Source of the DNA: Octopus bimaculoides
Taxonomy: Eukaryota
Direction: 5' to 3'
Length of the DNA stretch: 47,967 bases
NCBI RefSeq assembly: GCF_001194135.2
Contig: NC_069000.1
Span: 18,309,466-18,357,432, forward strand
A model generated the notes under the pieces. That model was not told the origin of the DNA. It saw only the letters and a list, made by a program, of their open reading frames with translations, and made no database searches. Positions 12,290-21,742 of this stretch are shown piece after piece (within the stretch, counting starts at the first letter, position 1; every line of letters begins with the position of its first letter). Made by a program: the position numbers and the translations under genes.

Positions 12290-13440
12290 CATCATCATTA
12301 TCATCATCATCGTTTAACGTCCACTTTCCATGCTGGCATGGGTTGGACGATTTGACTGAGGACTGGCGAACCAGATGGCTGCACCAGGCTCCAATCTGAT
12401 CTGGCTGAGTTTCTACAGCTGAATGCCCTTCCTAACGCCAACCACTCTGAGAGTGTAGTGGGTGCTTTTATGTGCCACCAGCACAAGGGCCAGTCAGGCA
12501 GTACTGGCAACGGCCATGCTCAAATGGTGTTTTTTACGTGCCACCTGCATAGGAACCAGTCCAGTGGCACTGGCAATGACCTCACTCAAATATTTTTTCC
12601 CGTACCACCGGCACAAGTGCCAGTAAGGCGATGCTGGTAATGATCACGCTTGAGTGGTGTTTTTTGTGTCACCTGCACAGAAGCCAGTCAGCTGCTCTGG
12701 CAACACTCACGCTCAGATGGTGCTCTTAGCGTTCCACTAGCACGGATGCCAGTCATCGAATTTGATTTCGATTTCACTTGCCTCAACAGGTCTTTGCAAG
12801 CAAAGTTTAGTGTCTAATGAAGGAAAGGTACGCATAAGTGGTTACACTTCTGGTATAGGCCATGGGCTATGGTCTCACTTGGCTTGCTGGGTCTTCTCAA
12901 GCACAGCATATTTCCAAAGATCTCGGTCACTAGTCATTACCTCAGTGAGGCCTAATTTTCAAAGGTCGTGCTGCACCAGCTGATCCCAGGTCTTCCTGGA
13001 TCTACCTCTTCCACAGGTTCCTTCAACCGCTAGGGTGTGGCACTTTTTCACACAGCTATCCTCATCCATTCTCATCACATGAGCATACCAGCGCAGTTGT
13101 CTCTCTTGCACACCATATCTGATGCTTCTTAGGTCCAACTTTTCTCTCAAGGTACTTACACTCTGTCGAGTATGCACACTGATATTACACATTCATCGGA
13201 GCATACTGGCTTCATTCCTTGCAAGCTTACACATGTCCTCAGCAGTCATGGCCTACGTTTCACTGCCATGGAGCATGGCAGTTCATAAACAGGCATCATA
13301 CAGTCTGCCTTTTACTCTGAGCGAGAGGCCCTTTGTCACCAGCACAGGTAAGAGCTCTCTGAACTTTGCCCAGGCTATTCTTATTCTAGCAACTACATTT
13401 TCAGTGCACCCACCCCTGCTACTGACTTGGTCACTTAGGT
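12290..13440 (-). mobile_element. 5'-truncated RTE LINE with about 65-bp internal 3'UTR repeats and (TGA)n tail
   Basis: RIRIAWAKFRELLPVLVTKGLSLRVKGRLYDAC; LREKLDLRSIRYGVQERQLRWYAHVMRMDEDSCVKKC...GRGRSRKTW; (CAT)n at 12285-12310 on +. Confidence 0.9.
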
Positions 13441-13724
13441 AACAGGAGCTAACAACTGAGAGGGAGTGAGGGAAAGTAATGACAATGAGAAAGATGAAAC
13501 GAAGTGGCAAAAAAAGCATCGTATGAATAACGAAGGAAGGAGTGAAAAAAATGATAAACGGTTTGAAGTGTGAGTATAAGTGTGTGTAAAAGAGAGGTAT
13601 GTTTGCATGTGTGTGTGTGTGTACAATGGAAATGGGATGGTAATGTTCAACACTGAAAATGTGTGGGTATATGTGTGCGTGTACAAGAGAATTATGTGAA
13701 ACTACATATACATGTAAAGTAAAA

Positions 13725-13926
13725 AAAAAATTAGAAAAATAATCCAGAATCCTTGTCCGGTACTGGATCGATCCCAAAATTTAATGAGACTGTACCAGTC
13801 ACAAGGCCAAACATCCCTGAAAGTTTCATTCAAATCCATCCAATGGTTCTTGAGATATCTTGTCCACGGACAAACAAACAAACATGACTGAAAACAATAT
13901 CTCTGCTTTCGCTAAGGCAGAGGTAA
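13725..13926 (+). mobile_element. Non-autonomous Helitron/Helentron-like element
   Basis: Terminal hairpin CTCTGCTTT-CGCT-AAGGCAGAG (13901-13922) preceded by a CAAA microsatellite; architecture typical of Helentron-associated elements. Confidence 0.45.
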
Positions 13927-13995
13927 TAATAATAATAGTAATAGTAAGAACAATAACAACGACCACAAGGAGAAACTACATACACTGATTTCTTT

Positions 13996-14001
13996 TTTAT
14001 T
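13996..14001 (-). terminator. Candidate polyadenylation signal of the minus-strand gene
   Basis: AATAAA on minus, about 130 nt after the stop at 14133. Confidence 0.5.
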
Positions 14002-14132
14002 GCTGTTAAGGATTTCATTGTTCTTTGAAATCCAGTCGAAGTTTTCCTGATAAAAACCAGGTGTCACCACCCCAGACAATAAACAATATAGTCTCTGGGA
14101 CTCGGAGCCTACCTTACATCTCTAGGTTGATC

Positions 14133-14555
14133 TCAAGATGCAACAGAGTGGTTCTGTGTTTCAATTTTCCTTTGTTTTGTATGAGGCTGAGTCAATTTAT
14201 TGCTATCAGCCAGACAATTGCTGATCTCCTCCTCTTTTACATCTTCTAAGAGATGTTTCTGGTTACCTTCAAGGTTGACACTCTCTTTGGACTGGAAACT
14301 GGAAAATGTAGGAACATCCTCTTCGAAGCTGTGCTCTAGGATGTCCAAGTAACCTTTAATTCGACGGTGTGTGACTCGAAGAAGGGCTTCTTTACGCATA
14401 TCCTGCACGTCTAGAGTGAAGTGGCCCTTGCGACATATGCCATTTATTTTTGAATATTTCAGTGCAGCCAGTTTCCCTCTTGTCTGCTGCAGGAAATTCA
14501 TATCGGAGATCAGTAGTCCTTTTTTTATGAAGTCTTCGAGTTTTAGCAAAGACTC
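14133..14555 (-). CDS. Terminal exon (140 aa plus stop) of an unidentified protein-coding gene
   Basis: Acceptor CTTTTCTTTTTAAAG|GAG, phase 0; ESLLKLEDFIKKGLLISDMNFLQQTRGKLAALKYSK...HSVAS*; non-repetitive; AATAAA downstream. Confidence 0.8.
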   Translation of the reverse strand, partial: ESLLKLEDFIKKGLLISDMNFLQQTRGKLAALKYSKINGICRKGHFTLDVQDMRKEALLRVTHRRIKGYLDILEHSFEEDVPTFSSFQSKESVNLEGNQKHLLEDVKEEEISNCLADSNKLTQPHTKQRKIETQNHSVAS

Positions 14556-14847
14556 CTTTAAAAAGAAAAGAGCAACTCTTAAAAGATGTCTTAAATATAG
14601 GGAATAAAAGGCAACTTCATTTAAATATCTTTCTCACTGAATTAATTACCTTTAATTTATACCCATGATCTTCTAAATCAATATTGAAGTTGGACTGAAA
14701 TAGTTGTAATCATGTTTTAAACTTTACCTTTAAATAAATGGATTTTGCACCAGTTTTGCTGATTAGTAGCCTAGATGTTCAATTAATGGAAATTATATAT
14801 TCGTACTGTTTTAGTTTAAGTAGTGAAGTATTGCAAAAACTAGATCA

Positions 14848-15166
14848 TTTCCATATTAGTCTTAGGAATGTTATGGCTGTCTGATTCACAAGTCAACTTC
14901 ACATTTATGTTGTTTTGGGGTTCAATCACACTGCGTGGCACTTTGGGACGGTGTTTTTTTGGTAGTCTTTCAGTAAAGATCTGTGATGTTATGAGTGGGA
15001 GGTCTGACATTGTCTTTCAATTGTTCAACAAAGTCAACCACAGTGGAATTTGAACTCAGAATGTAAGGACAGACGAAATGCTACTAAGCATGTCATGTAC
15101 TAATACCAAAGTATTGCCATGTCTTATACCGTAGCATCAGGTTGGCCAGAGCCTTGTGAGTGGAAA
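14848..15166 (+). repeat. Copy 1 of a local direct duplication (copy 2 at 17168-17459)
   Basis: Shared blocks TTGTTTTGGGGTTCAATCACACTG, CTGTGATGTTATGAGTG, CTGACATTGTCTTTCA, ATGTCATGTACTAATACCAAAG.ATTGCCATGTCTTATAC. Confidence 0.8.
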
Positions 15167-15636
15167 TATCCAGCCATCTTAAGGCATGGGTGTACTGAGC
15201 AGTTATCCAGGGTCCTCACAGGTCCAGGGGCCCAATTGTGATCTCTGTATGTTGTAGCGTGCTGTCACTAAAAAATACTATAGGGCCCAGTCCATTGACT
15301 TGCTCAGAAGCCTATAAAGTTTGGTCTAACCGATCTCCAGAACAATTTACAGATGAAATTTTGCAGTTCCTGCTCCCACCCCTAATTTTACTCCAAGGGT
15401 TTGGATCAATCACCCTTATGGTTCAACCCTACCGTTTGAGTGAAATTAGATAAGACCTAAGCTATGGTAGAAGACACTTGCCTAAAGTTCATGCAGCATA
15501 GTACAAGTATTTGTGACTGAGAAGCTAGTTTCTTCATCACTAGGCCCAGACGCACAAATATAATGTAGTTTTCCCTTTAATATGAGTGTTGCACACCAAA
15601 TATAGCATGGTGTGTGTGTGTGTAGCCACTTTATAT

Positions 15637-15902
15637 GCTACAGTTCTATATTTAAGAGATGAGGAATTATGTACATTATTTACATTTGACAGATATTTGT
15701 CCTCATCTTGTTTGTTATTAACACAATGTTTCGGATGATATACCCTCCAGCCTTCATCAGGTGTCTTGGGGAAATTTTGAACCTGGGTTCTCATTCCTAA
15801 GGTATTTTTCGATGTTTATTATTATTATTATTGTTCAGGTCACTGCTTGGAATCGAACTTGGAATCTTGGGATTAGTAGCCCATGCTCTTAACCACTATG
15901 CC
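15637..15902 (-). mobile_element. tRNA-headed SINE with hammerhead-containing tail (left arm of palindrome)
   Basis: Minus strand: GGCATAGTGG (A box), GTTCGATTCC (B box), (AAT)n, body, CTGATGA...GAAAC. Confidence 0.8.
15720..15765 (-). ncRNA. Minimal type-I hammerhead-ribozyme-like motif (decayed)
   Basis: GACAC CUGAUGA A GGCUG GAGGGUAUAU CAUCC GAAAC AUU GUGUU; stem I GACAC/GUGUU. Confidence 0.6.
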
Positions 15903-15913
15903 CCCGGGTATAT

Positions 15914-16164
15914 GGCGTAGTGGTTAAGAGCGTGGGCTACTACCCCCAAGATTCCAAGTTCGATTCCAAGTAGTGACCTGAATGATAATGATAATAATAA
16001 TAATAATAATAATAATACCATCAAAAAATACCTTAGAAACGAGAACCCAGGTTCGAAATTTCCCCAAGACATCTGATGAAGGCTGGAGGGTATATCAGCT
16101 GAAACGTGTTAACAACAAACAAGATGAGGACAAATATCCGTCAAATGTAAATAATGTAAATAAT
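15914..16164 (+). mobile_element. tRNA-headed SINE with hammerhead-containing tail (right arm of palindrome)
   Basis: TGGCGTAGTGG A box, GTTCGATTCC B box, (AAT)n, same body as the left arm in opposite orientation. Confidence 0.8.
16068..16110 (+). ncRNA. Minimal hammerhead-like motif with the cleavage site deleted
   Basis: GACAU CUGAUGA A GGCUG GAGGGUAUAU CAGCU GAAAC GUGUU; 3 nt shorter than the minus copy after GAAAC. Confidence 0.55.
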
Positions 16165-16284
16165 GCACTTCATATGCGTGTGTTTGCTGCAATCAAAGAT
16201 AAGCTATATTTAACAAAGAGCAGAGGCAATTTGGCTACAGCACACTGCCCACTGACTCAAAAACATCAGCTGCACTGATCTCAC

Positions 16285-16326
16285 CTCTTCTGAAGGGTCT
16301 GTGAAGACCATGAGCATAATCCCTGC
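16285..16326 (-). CDS. 42-nt internal exon (phase 0-0) of the minus-strand gene
   Basis: TTTTTAATGGTTTAAAG|GCAGGG...GAAGAG|GTGAGA; AGIMLMVFTDPSEE, in frame with both neighbouring exons. Confidence 0.65.
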
Positions 16327-16667
16327 CTTTAAACCATTAAAAAGCAATAAATAATAAACAACACATCTATGACTAAAGAGAAAAAATGAGTGCATACATA
16401 ATTAGGATTAATTTGACATTGTTTTCCAGTGGATCTAATTTTATCTTCATTATAGATATTCAGTGATTATTTGATATGTGAAGCATGTAACATTTGAATT
16501 GGCAAAATTGCACAAGCATTGAACAAAATGCTTTATGGAATTTGTTCCATGTCATTACATTCTGACTTCAAATCATGCCTCTACTAACTTTGTCTTTCCA
16601 TCCTTCTAAAAGGTTAAACAGCAACATGATCAGCATATAGCATCATTCAATAAATAAAAGCTGAAAT

Positions 16668-17095
16668 CAAGGTGGTGAGCTGGCAGAATCGTTAACATGC
16701 TGGGTGAAATGCTTAGGGGTATTTCGTCTGCTGTTACGTTCTGAGTTCAAATTCCACCCAGGTCGACTTTGCCTTCCATCCTTTCAGGGTCGATAAATTA
16801 AGTACCAGTTACACACTGGAGTCGATGTAGTCGACTTAATCCCTTTGTCTGTCCTTGTTTGTCCCCACTATGTTTAGCCCCTTGTGGGCAATAAAGAAAT
16901 TAGAATTGTTAGCATGCCAGATAAAATGCTTACCAGCATTTTACATTCTGAGATCAAATTCTGCTGCAGTTGACTTTGCCTTCCATCCTTTTAGGGTCGA
17001 TAAAATAAGTACCAGTTGGGCACTTGGGCCAATGTAATTGACTTACCTTCTCCCCACTAAAGTGCCAACCTTGTACCAAAATTAGAAACCAATAA
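16668..17095 (+). mobile_element. Two tandem main-family SINEs
   Basis: AAGGTGGTGAGCTGGCAGAATCG...GTCCCCACTATGTTTAGCCCCTTGTGGGCAATAAAGAAA, then a second partial copy. Confidence 0.85.
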
Positions 17096-17167
17096 TAGCT
17101 GACATCCTCCCATCCAAACTATCAAGAAGATATGCTGTTTGTAACAAATCACTTGAAGAATCAATTT

Positions 17168-17459
17168 TTTCCGTATTAATCTTAGGGATGTCATGACTGT
17201 TTGATTCAAAAGTTTATTTCCCATCTATATTGTTTTGGGGTTCAATCACACTGTGCAGCACCTTGAGTAAGTGTCTTGAGCGATCTTTCAATAAAGGTCT
17301 GTGATGTTATGAGTGAGTGTCTGACATTGTCTTTCATCTGCCAACAGAGGTGAACAGTCAAACACATACTCATCCATGACTGATGTCATGTACTAATACC
17401 AAAGCATTGCCATGTCTTATACTGTAGTTTCAGGTTGACCAGAGCTTTGTGAGTGGAAA
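17168..17459 (+). repeat. Copy 2 of local direct duplication
   Basis: See 14848-15166. Confidence 0.8.
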
Positions 17460-17566
17460 CTGGTTGATGGAAACTGTATAGAAAGCTGTCAGGGGGCGGG
17501 GTGCTGTTCCTGCTCTTGGATGGTAGACATAAAACCTGACTTATAGGTGCTTTTAGTGGAGCTCAC

Positions 17567-17675
17567 TCTCTCCAGATACAAAAATTCAGACAAAGTCTCT
17601 GATATGAGGTTAACTATCTTTCTATCACTAGCCTGAATGACCCCAGAAAGGACCAAGAGGGTTAATCTTTTCATT
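17567..17675 (-). CDS. 109-nt internal exon (phase 2-0) of the minus-strand gene
   Basis: CTCATTTAG|A ATG AAA...GAG AGA|GTGAGC; xMKRLTLLVLSGVIQASDRKIVNLISETLSEFLYLER; the other two frames contain stops. Confidence 0.55.
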
Positions 17676-17995
17676 CTAAATGAGCCATTGAAGTAACAGC
17701 AAGAGTTTTAGCTTTCATCAATAATTATATTGTTCCTGACCAAGCACAGAGTAGTGCACCATTTGGGGCTCCTTTCAGGATATGTAGGTTCGATGACAAA
17801 TAGGTTTGATGCATGCAGGTTCTGGATCAAGGACAGAGTACATGCAAGTCCGTCCTGGATGAGAAATTAATTTTGCTATGATGTGATTCTGAGTTTGACC
17901 CCTGTACAAGGAGCACCTTGATCAAGGGTCTTCTGCTCTAACCTCGGAATAAGCAATGTCTTGTGAGTGAAATCTGGTAGACAGAAACTGCTCAG

Positions 17996-18032
<37 letters not shown>

Positions 18033-18124
18033 ATCATACATACCACCCAGGCTAAAAAGTACTGTTCCATAGATTATAACGAGTGTGTGTGTGTCTTATT
18101 GTTTCTTAATCTTTTAACTTTTGC

Positions 18125-18300
18125 TTGTGTCAGCCGTTGAACTGTGGCCATGCTGGGGCACCACCTTGAGGGGTTTTAGTTTTTTAAAGCGAAGTACTTA
18201 TGCTGTCGATCTGTTTTACTGAACTGCTAAGTTATGGGGACATAAACAAACCAGCAGTGGTTCTCGGGTGGTGGTGGAGAACAAACACAAGCACAAAGAT
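18125..18300 (-). mobile_element. SINE fragment (third family)
   Basis: GGCCATGCTGGGGCACCACCTT...GAACTGCTAAGTTATGGGGACATAAAC; recognised as the family also represented at 5640-5875. Confidence 0.55.
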
Positions 18301-18419
18301 GCACACATAGATTCGTACTTACACACATATGCATACAAACATACATAAAAAGACAGATATATTACGTTTCTATCTATCTATATAGCTATCAATATGTCTA
18401 TATATCTTTTTCTCTCCTT

Positions 18420-18542
<123 letters not shown>

Positions 18543-18989
18543 GTATATATAAATCGTAGTATGTGTGTGTATAATGACTAACGCATATGTTTCCATAATT
18601 CTCAATTATTTACCAATGTGTTGTTTCATTTTAAGGATGTTTATTTATCCATCCATTATATTTCAACTGTTGTCTGTTGTTTCAAATACGTTTTAGCATT
18701 GAGGTTCTAGCCTTTTTTTTTAAACAATCACATATGATTCGTCCCAAAGAAATCAACCTGTAAGTAAGAGTTTTGCTACCATTAGCGAAAGCTATACATA
18801 TCTTTCAGAAAGCTCCATACCAATTTCACTTTACGTGGCATTCGCTGTTACTTTATGCGCAGGTTATGTGGAAAGACAGAATAAAGGGGCTTTTGTTAGC
18901 TTATAATAGAATCGATAATCACTTGGTACACTAAAACCCATTTTCCTTTTCCAAATAATGCAAGCATGCCACCTAAATAGAGAGCAAGC

Positions 18990-20030
18990 ATTGGCAGAAA
19001 GTCTTCTGCAGCGGTAAGACAGCAGTGCTGGCAGGCTAAGGAAACTGAGGACCAGAGGTCCTGTAGCCTGTTGAAAAGAGCTGCCACTGCTAGAGCTGCA
19101 ACTACTCCAGAGCAGAACTACTCCAGAGCAGAACTACTCCAGAGTGCGTGCTGCTGATGCAAGGGCCACAGAAACCCCACAAAAGAGTGCTATCTGTTGG
19201 ACATGCAACGCTGCATCCCCTTCTGCCACAAGGTTGGCAGATGACAGTAGCCATTGGATGATGAAACTTCAGTCTTATGTTCACCGGAAGGCTCTTGCTC
19301 ATGGCTACAGGAAACCATCGATGGGCATCAAAGATGCTCAACTATGATCCTGCTGAGGATCTTGCCACTCATCAAGAGACTGTAATATTAAGGCGGTGAG
19401 TTGGCGGAAACGTTAGCACGCCGGATGAAATGCTTGGCGGTAGTTCGTCTGCCGCTACGTTCTGAGTTCAAATTCCGCCGAGGTCGACTTTGCCTTTCAT
19501 CCTTTTGGGGTCGATAAATTAAGTACCAGTTATGCACTGGGGTCGATGTAATCGACTTAATCCCTTTGTGTGTCCTTGTTTGTCCCCTCTATGTTTAGCC
19601 CCTTGTGGGCAATAAAGAAATAAGAGACTGTAATATGTCCATTTTGCTAGGCCCTCAAGTAGGTTGGAGAATCCAGTGGCCTATGCTGCTCAAACAGAAA
19701 GGTTCACTTGCCTGACCTGCAAAACACTCCTCAGCCTTTCTTCTCTTGACTCCTTGGTTAACAACTGATTCGCAGCAATTTATACAGAAAATTCATGCTT
19801 ATAGTTCTGCCTTCCAGATGACAAGTTTCTATCAGCAACCCATTTATGAAGACTCCTATATGCCGACGTTCAAAATTCAGGGTCAAACTTATCATTGGAT
19901 AGGCTCTGTTCTTCCTGTCAGCCACACTGGACACCAATTCCTTCAAATTTACTTCATGTGAGATACTGCTGAGCAAACAGCTCGCTGAGCTCAGGTGGCA
20001 CCTGGAACAAAGTGAAGAAAATACCACCAA
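18990..20030 (+). mobile_element. Helitron Rep/helicase N-terminal fragment, decayed and SINE-interrupted
   Basis: NYDPAEDLATHQETVICPFC*ALK*VGESSGLCCSNRKVHLP after SINE removal; ORF 19746 YSSAFQMTSF...MPTFKIQGQTYHWIGS.LP...FLQIYF matches the Helitron motif YNSAFQMTS..PTFKVQGQVYH.IGSLLP..FLQIYF. Confidence 0.85.
19389..19621 (+). mobile_element. Young full-length main-family SINE with 15-bp TSD
   Basis: AAGAGACTGTAATAT at 19374-19388 and 19622-19636; most CpGs retained. Confidence 0.95.
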
Positions 20031-20089
20031 AGCAACTTAAACCGTCCAAAGGATAGGTGTGTTTGCTAGTATATGTATATATCATCATC

Positions 20090-20477
20090 ATAATCATCAT
20101 CATCTAACGTCCATTGTCCAAGCTGCCATGGATTGGATGGTTTGACTCAGCTGGCATGCTGGAAGGCTGATCCAGACTCCGGTCTGACTTGCATGGTTTT
20201 CTATGGCTGGATGCCCTGCCTAATGCCAACCACTCTGAAAGTGTAATGGGTGCTTTTACGTGCCACTGGCACGGGTGCTGATTAGCATGACACCTGTATC
20301 TGCCAAGACTGTGATTTTGCTCGGCTTGATGGGTCTTCTTCTCAAGCACGACATAATGCCAAAGGTCTCGGTCATTGCCTCCGTGAGGCCTAACACTCGA
20401 AAGGAACTCGGCCACCTTGCCTCTGTGAGGTCCAACACTTGAAAGGAATTCAGCCACTTTGCCTCCATGAGGCCCAT
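20090..20477 (-). mobile_element. RTE LINE 3' end with a 42-bp tandem repeat (about 2.4 copies)
   Basis: (CAT)n tail; GGATGCCCTGCCTAATGCCAACCACTCTGA shared with 12420-12450; unit TTGCCTCCGTGAGGCCTAACACTCGAAAGGAACTCGGCCACC. Confidence 0.8.
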
Positions 20478-20604
20478 ATATATATATATATTGGACTAGT
20501 AGGTATAAGTCAATTAGTGTCTTTAAATGTTGAGTAGAGCACCAGTACAGTTAGAATAAAGTTTACTTCCAAATCCATCTTCTTGTTACTTTGTATATGT
20601 ATGC

Positions 20605-20649
<45 letters not shown>

Positions 20650-20653
<4 letters not shown>

Positions 20654-21180
20654 AGTGTTAAGTATATATACGTGTGAAATCTAGACATTTAAACATTGGA
20701 TGTGATTCATAGGATTTACCAATATTATATTATATATTTAATTATTGCGAAATAACGCAATAAATCTAACAAGATGGACTCTACTCTAGTAATGTACTGT
20801 GATTCTTAAATATTCTGATAAAATACCAACATCAAAAACTATATATCATATAAAATACCTACAAAGGAAAACTATGAATTTTCCAAATTATATGATGGAT
20901 TGGATTTACAAATTCTCAAAGGACAGTATATATTTTTAATATTCTTAATATTTTTTAATATTTTAATTAACATCATCCTATAGTATATTTTATTATGTAT
21001 ACCATTCGTTTTCACATATATAATAATAACTTTATACATCTCTGAAGAGTGGAATTATTGCCAATATACTTGTCTATATTAGATTACATTATAAAGGCAA
21101 TAATATCCGTGAAATGATCGTAAGGTGCATTTTAGACTTTCATAATATTTTAATCGAATTATATTTACACTCACTCACGC
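20650..21180 (+). mobile_element. Probable PLE 3' end (weak GIY-YIG remnant plus hammerhead-bearing terminal repeat)
   Basis: Frameshifted KSRHLNI..KMDSTLVMYC remnants, AT-rich spacer, hammerhead at 21035-21129. Confidence 0.55.
21035..21129 (+). ncRNA. Type-I hammerhead-ribozyme motif with long stem II (CpG-decayed)
   Basis: UACAUCU CUGAAGA GUGGAAUUAUUGCC-33 nt-GGCAAUAAUAUCCGU GAAA UGAUCG UA AGGUGCA. Confidence 0.7.
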
Positions 21181-21439
21181 ATATATTTTTATATACATTT
21201 ATGTACGCATATATTTTTATATACATTTATATTTTGTATATTTTTAATTTTAATTATAATTCAAAATGATTATTGTGTCATATAAAACATACATCTTTCA
21301 GAAATTCAAATATTGATTTCCTAAGAATATTGTTAATATTTTTTTTAATAATATCAAAATATATATATATCTATTTGCTCAAAGTAATAGAGCACTTAAT
21401 ATAAGTTCAATAAAATATTCCTTTTGAATATTCATTATA

Positions 21440-21444
<5 letters not shown>

Positions 21445-21515
<71 letters not shown>
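21445..21515. repeat. (AT)n microsatellite
   Basis: Direct reading. Confidence 0.95.
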
Positions 21516-21517
<2 letters not shown>

Positions 21518-21742
21518 CTAGTTAGCTAGCTATGTATCCGTCTCTCTATGTATCTATCTGCCTATAGATAGAGAGATAGAAACATATATAGATTGACTAA
21601 TGAATAGGTACAAAGATAGCCAGAAAGAAAGATATATATATATATAGTTGGAATTTACAAAAAAAAACAAAACACAAGACAAAGATGGGTGTGTAAACAA
21701 CAAACAGATGTATTAGTTTAACGCTTGGGAAGTGAGAAACTG

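Noticed and set aside
14371-14607. Plus-strand ORF and other antisense ORFs over LINEs (13122, 22935, 25094, 25657, 31294)
   Set aside because: Shadow frames of the true coding strand
15914-15985. SINE heads as tRNA genes (also 9950, 23975)
   Set aside because: No acceptor stem; they continue directly into repeat bodies
14388-16326. Alternative frame RDYAHGLHRPFRRGVFAKTRR...RRAGYA* with dibasic sites (neuropeptide-like)
   Set aside because: This frame is closed by a TAG in the 109-nt upstream exon, and the main frame is much longer
16285-16326. Faint resemblance of AGIMLMVFTDPSEEESLLKLEDFI to an ERCC4-like SPO16 segment
   Set aside because: Flanking residues do not match my recollection of that family, so no symbol was assigned
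17676-17860. In-frame upstream extension of the 109-nt exon (DGLACTLSLIQ...)
   Set aside because: Contains an in-frame TAA, and the nearest GT donor is in the wrong phase
18690-18770. Good minus-strand acceptor at 18757 (also reads as a plus-strand donor CT|GTAAGT)
   Set aside because: Only weak donors downstream and ambiguous strand; unsupported
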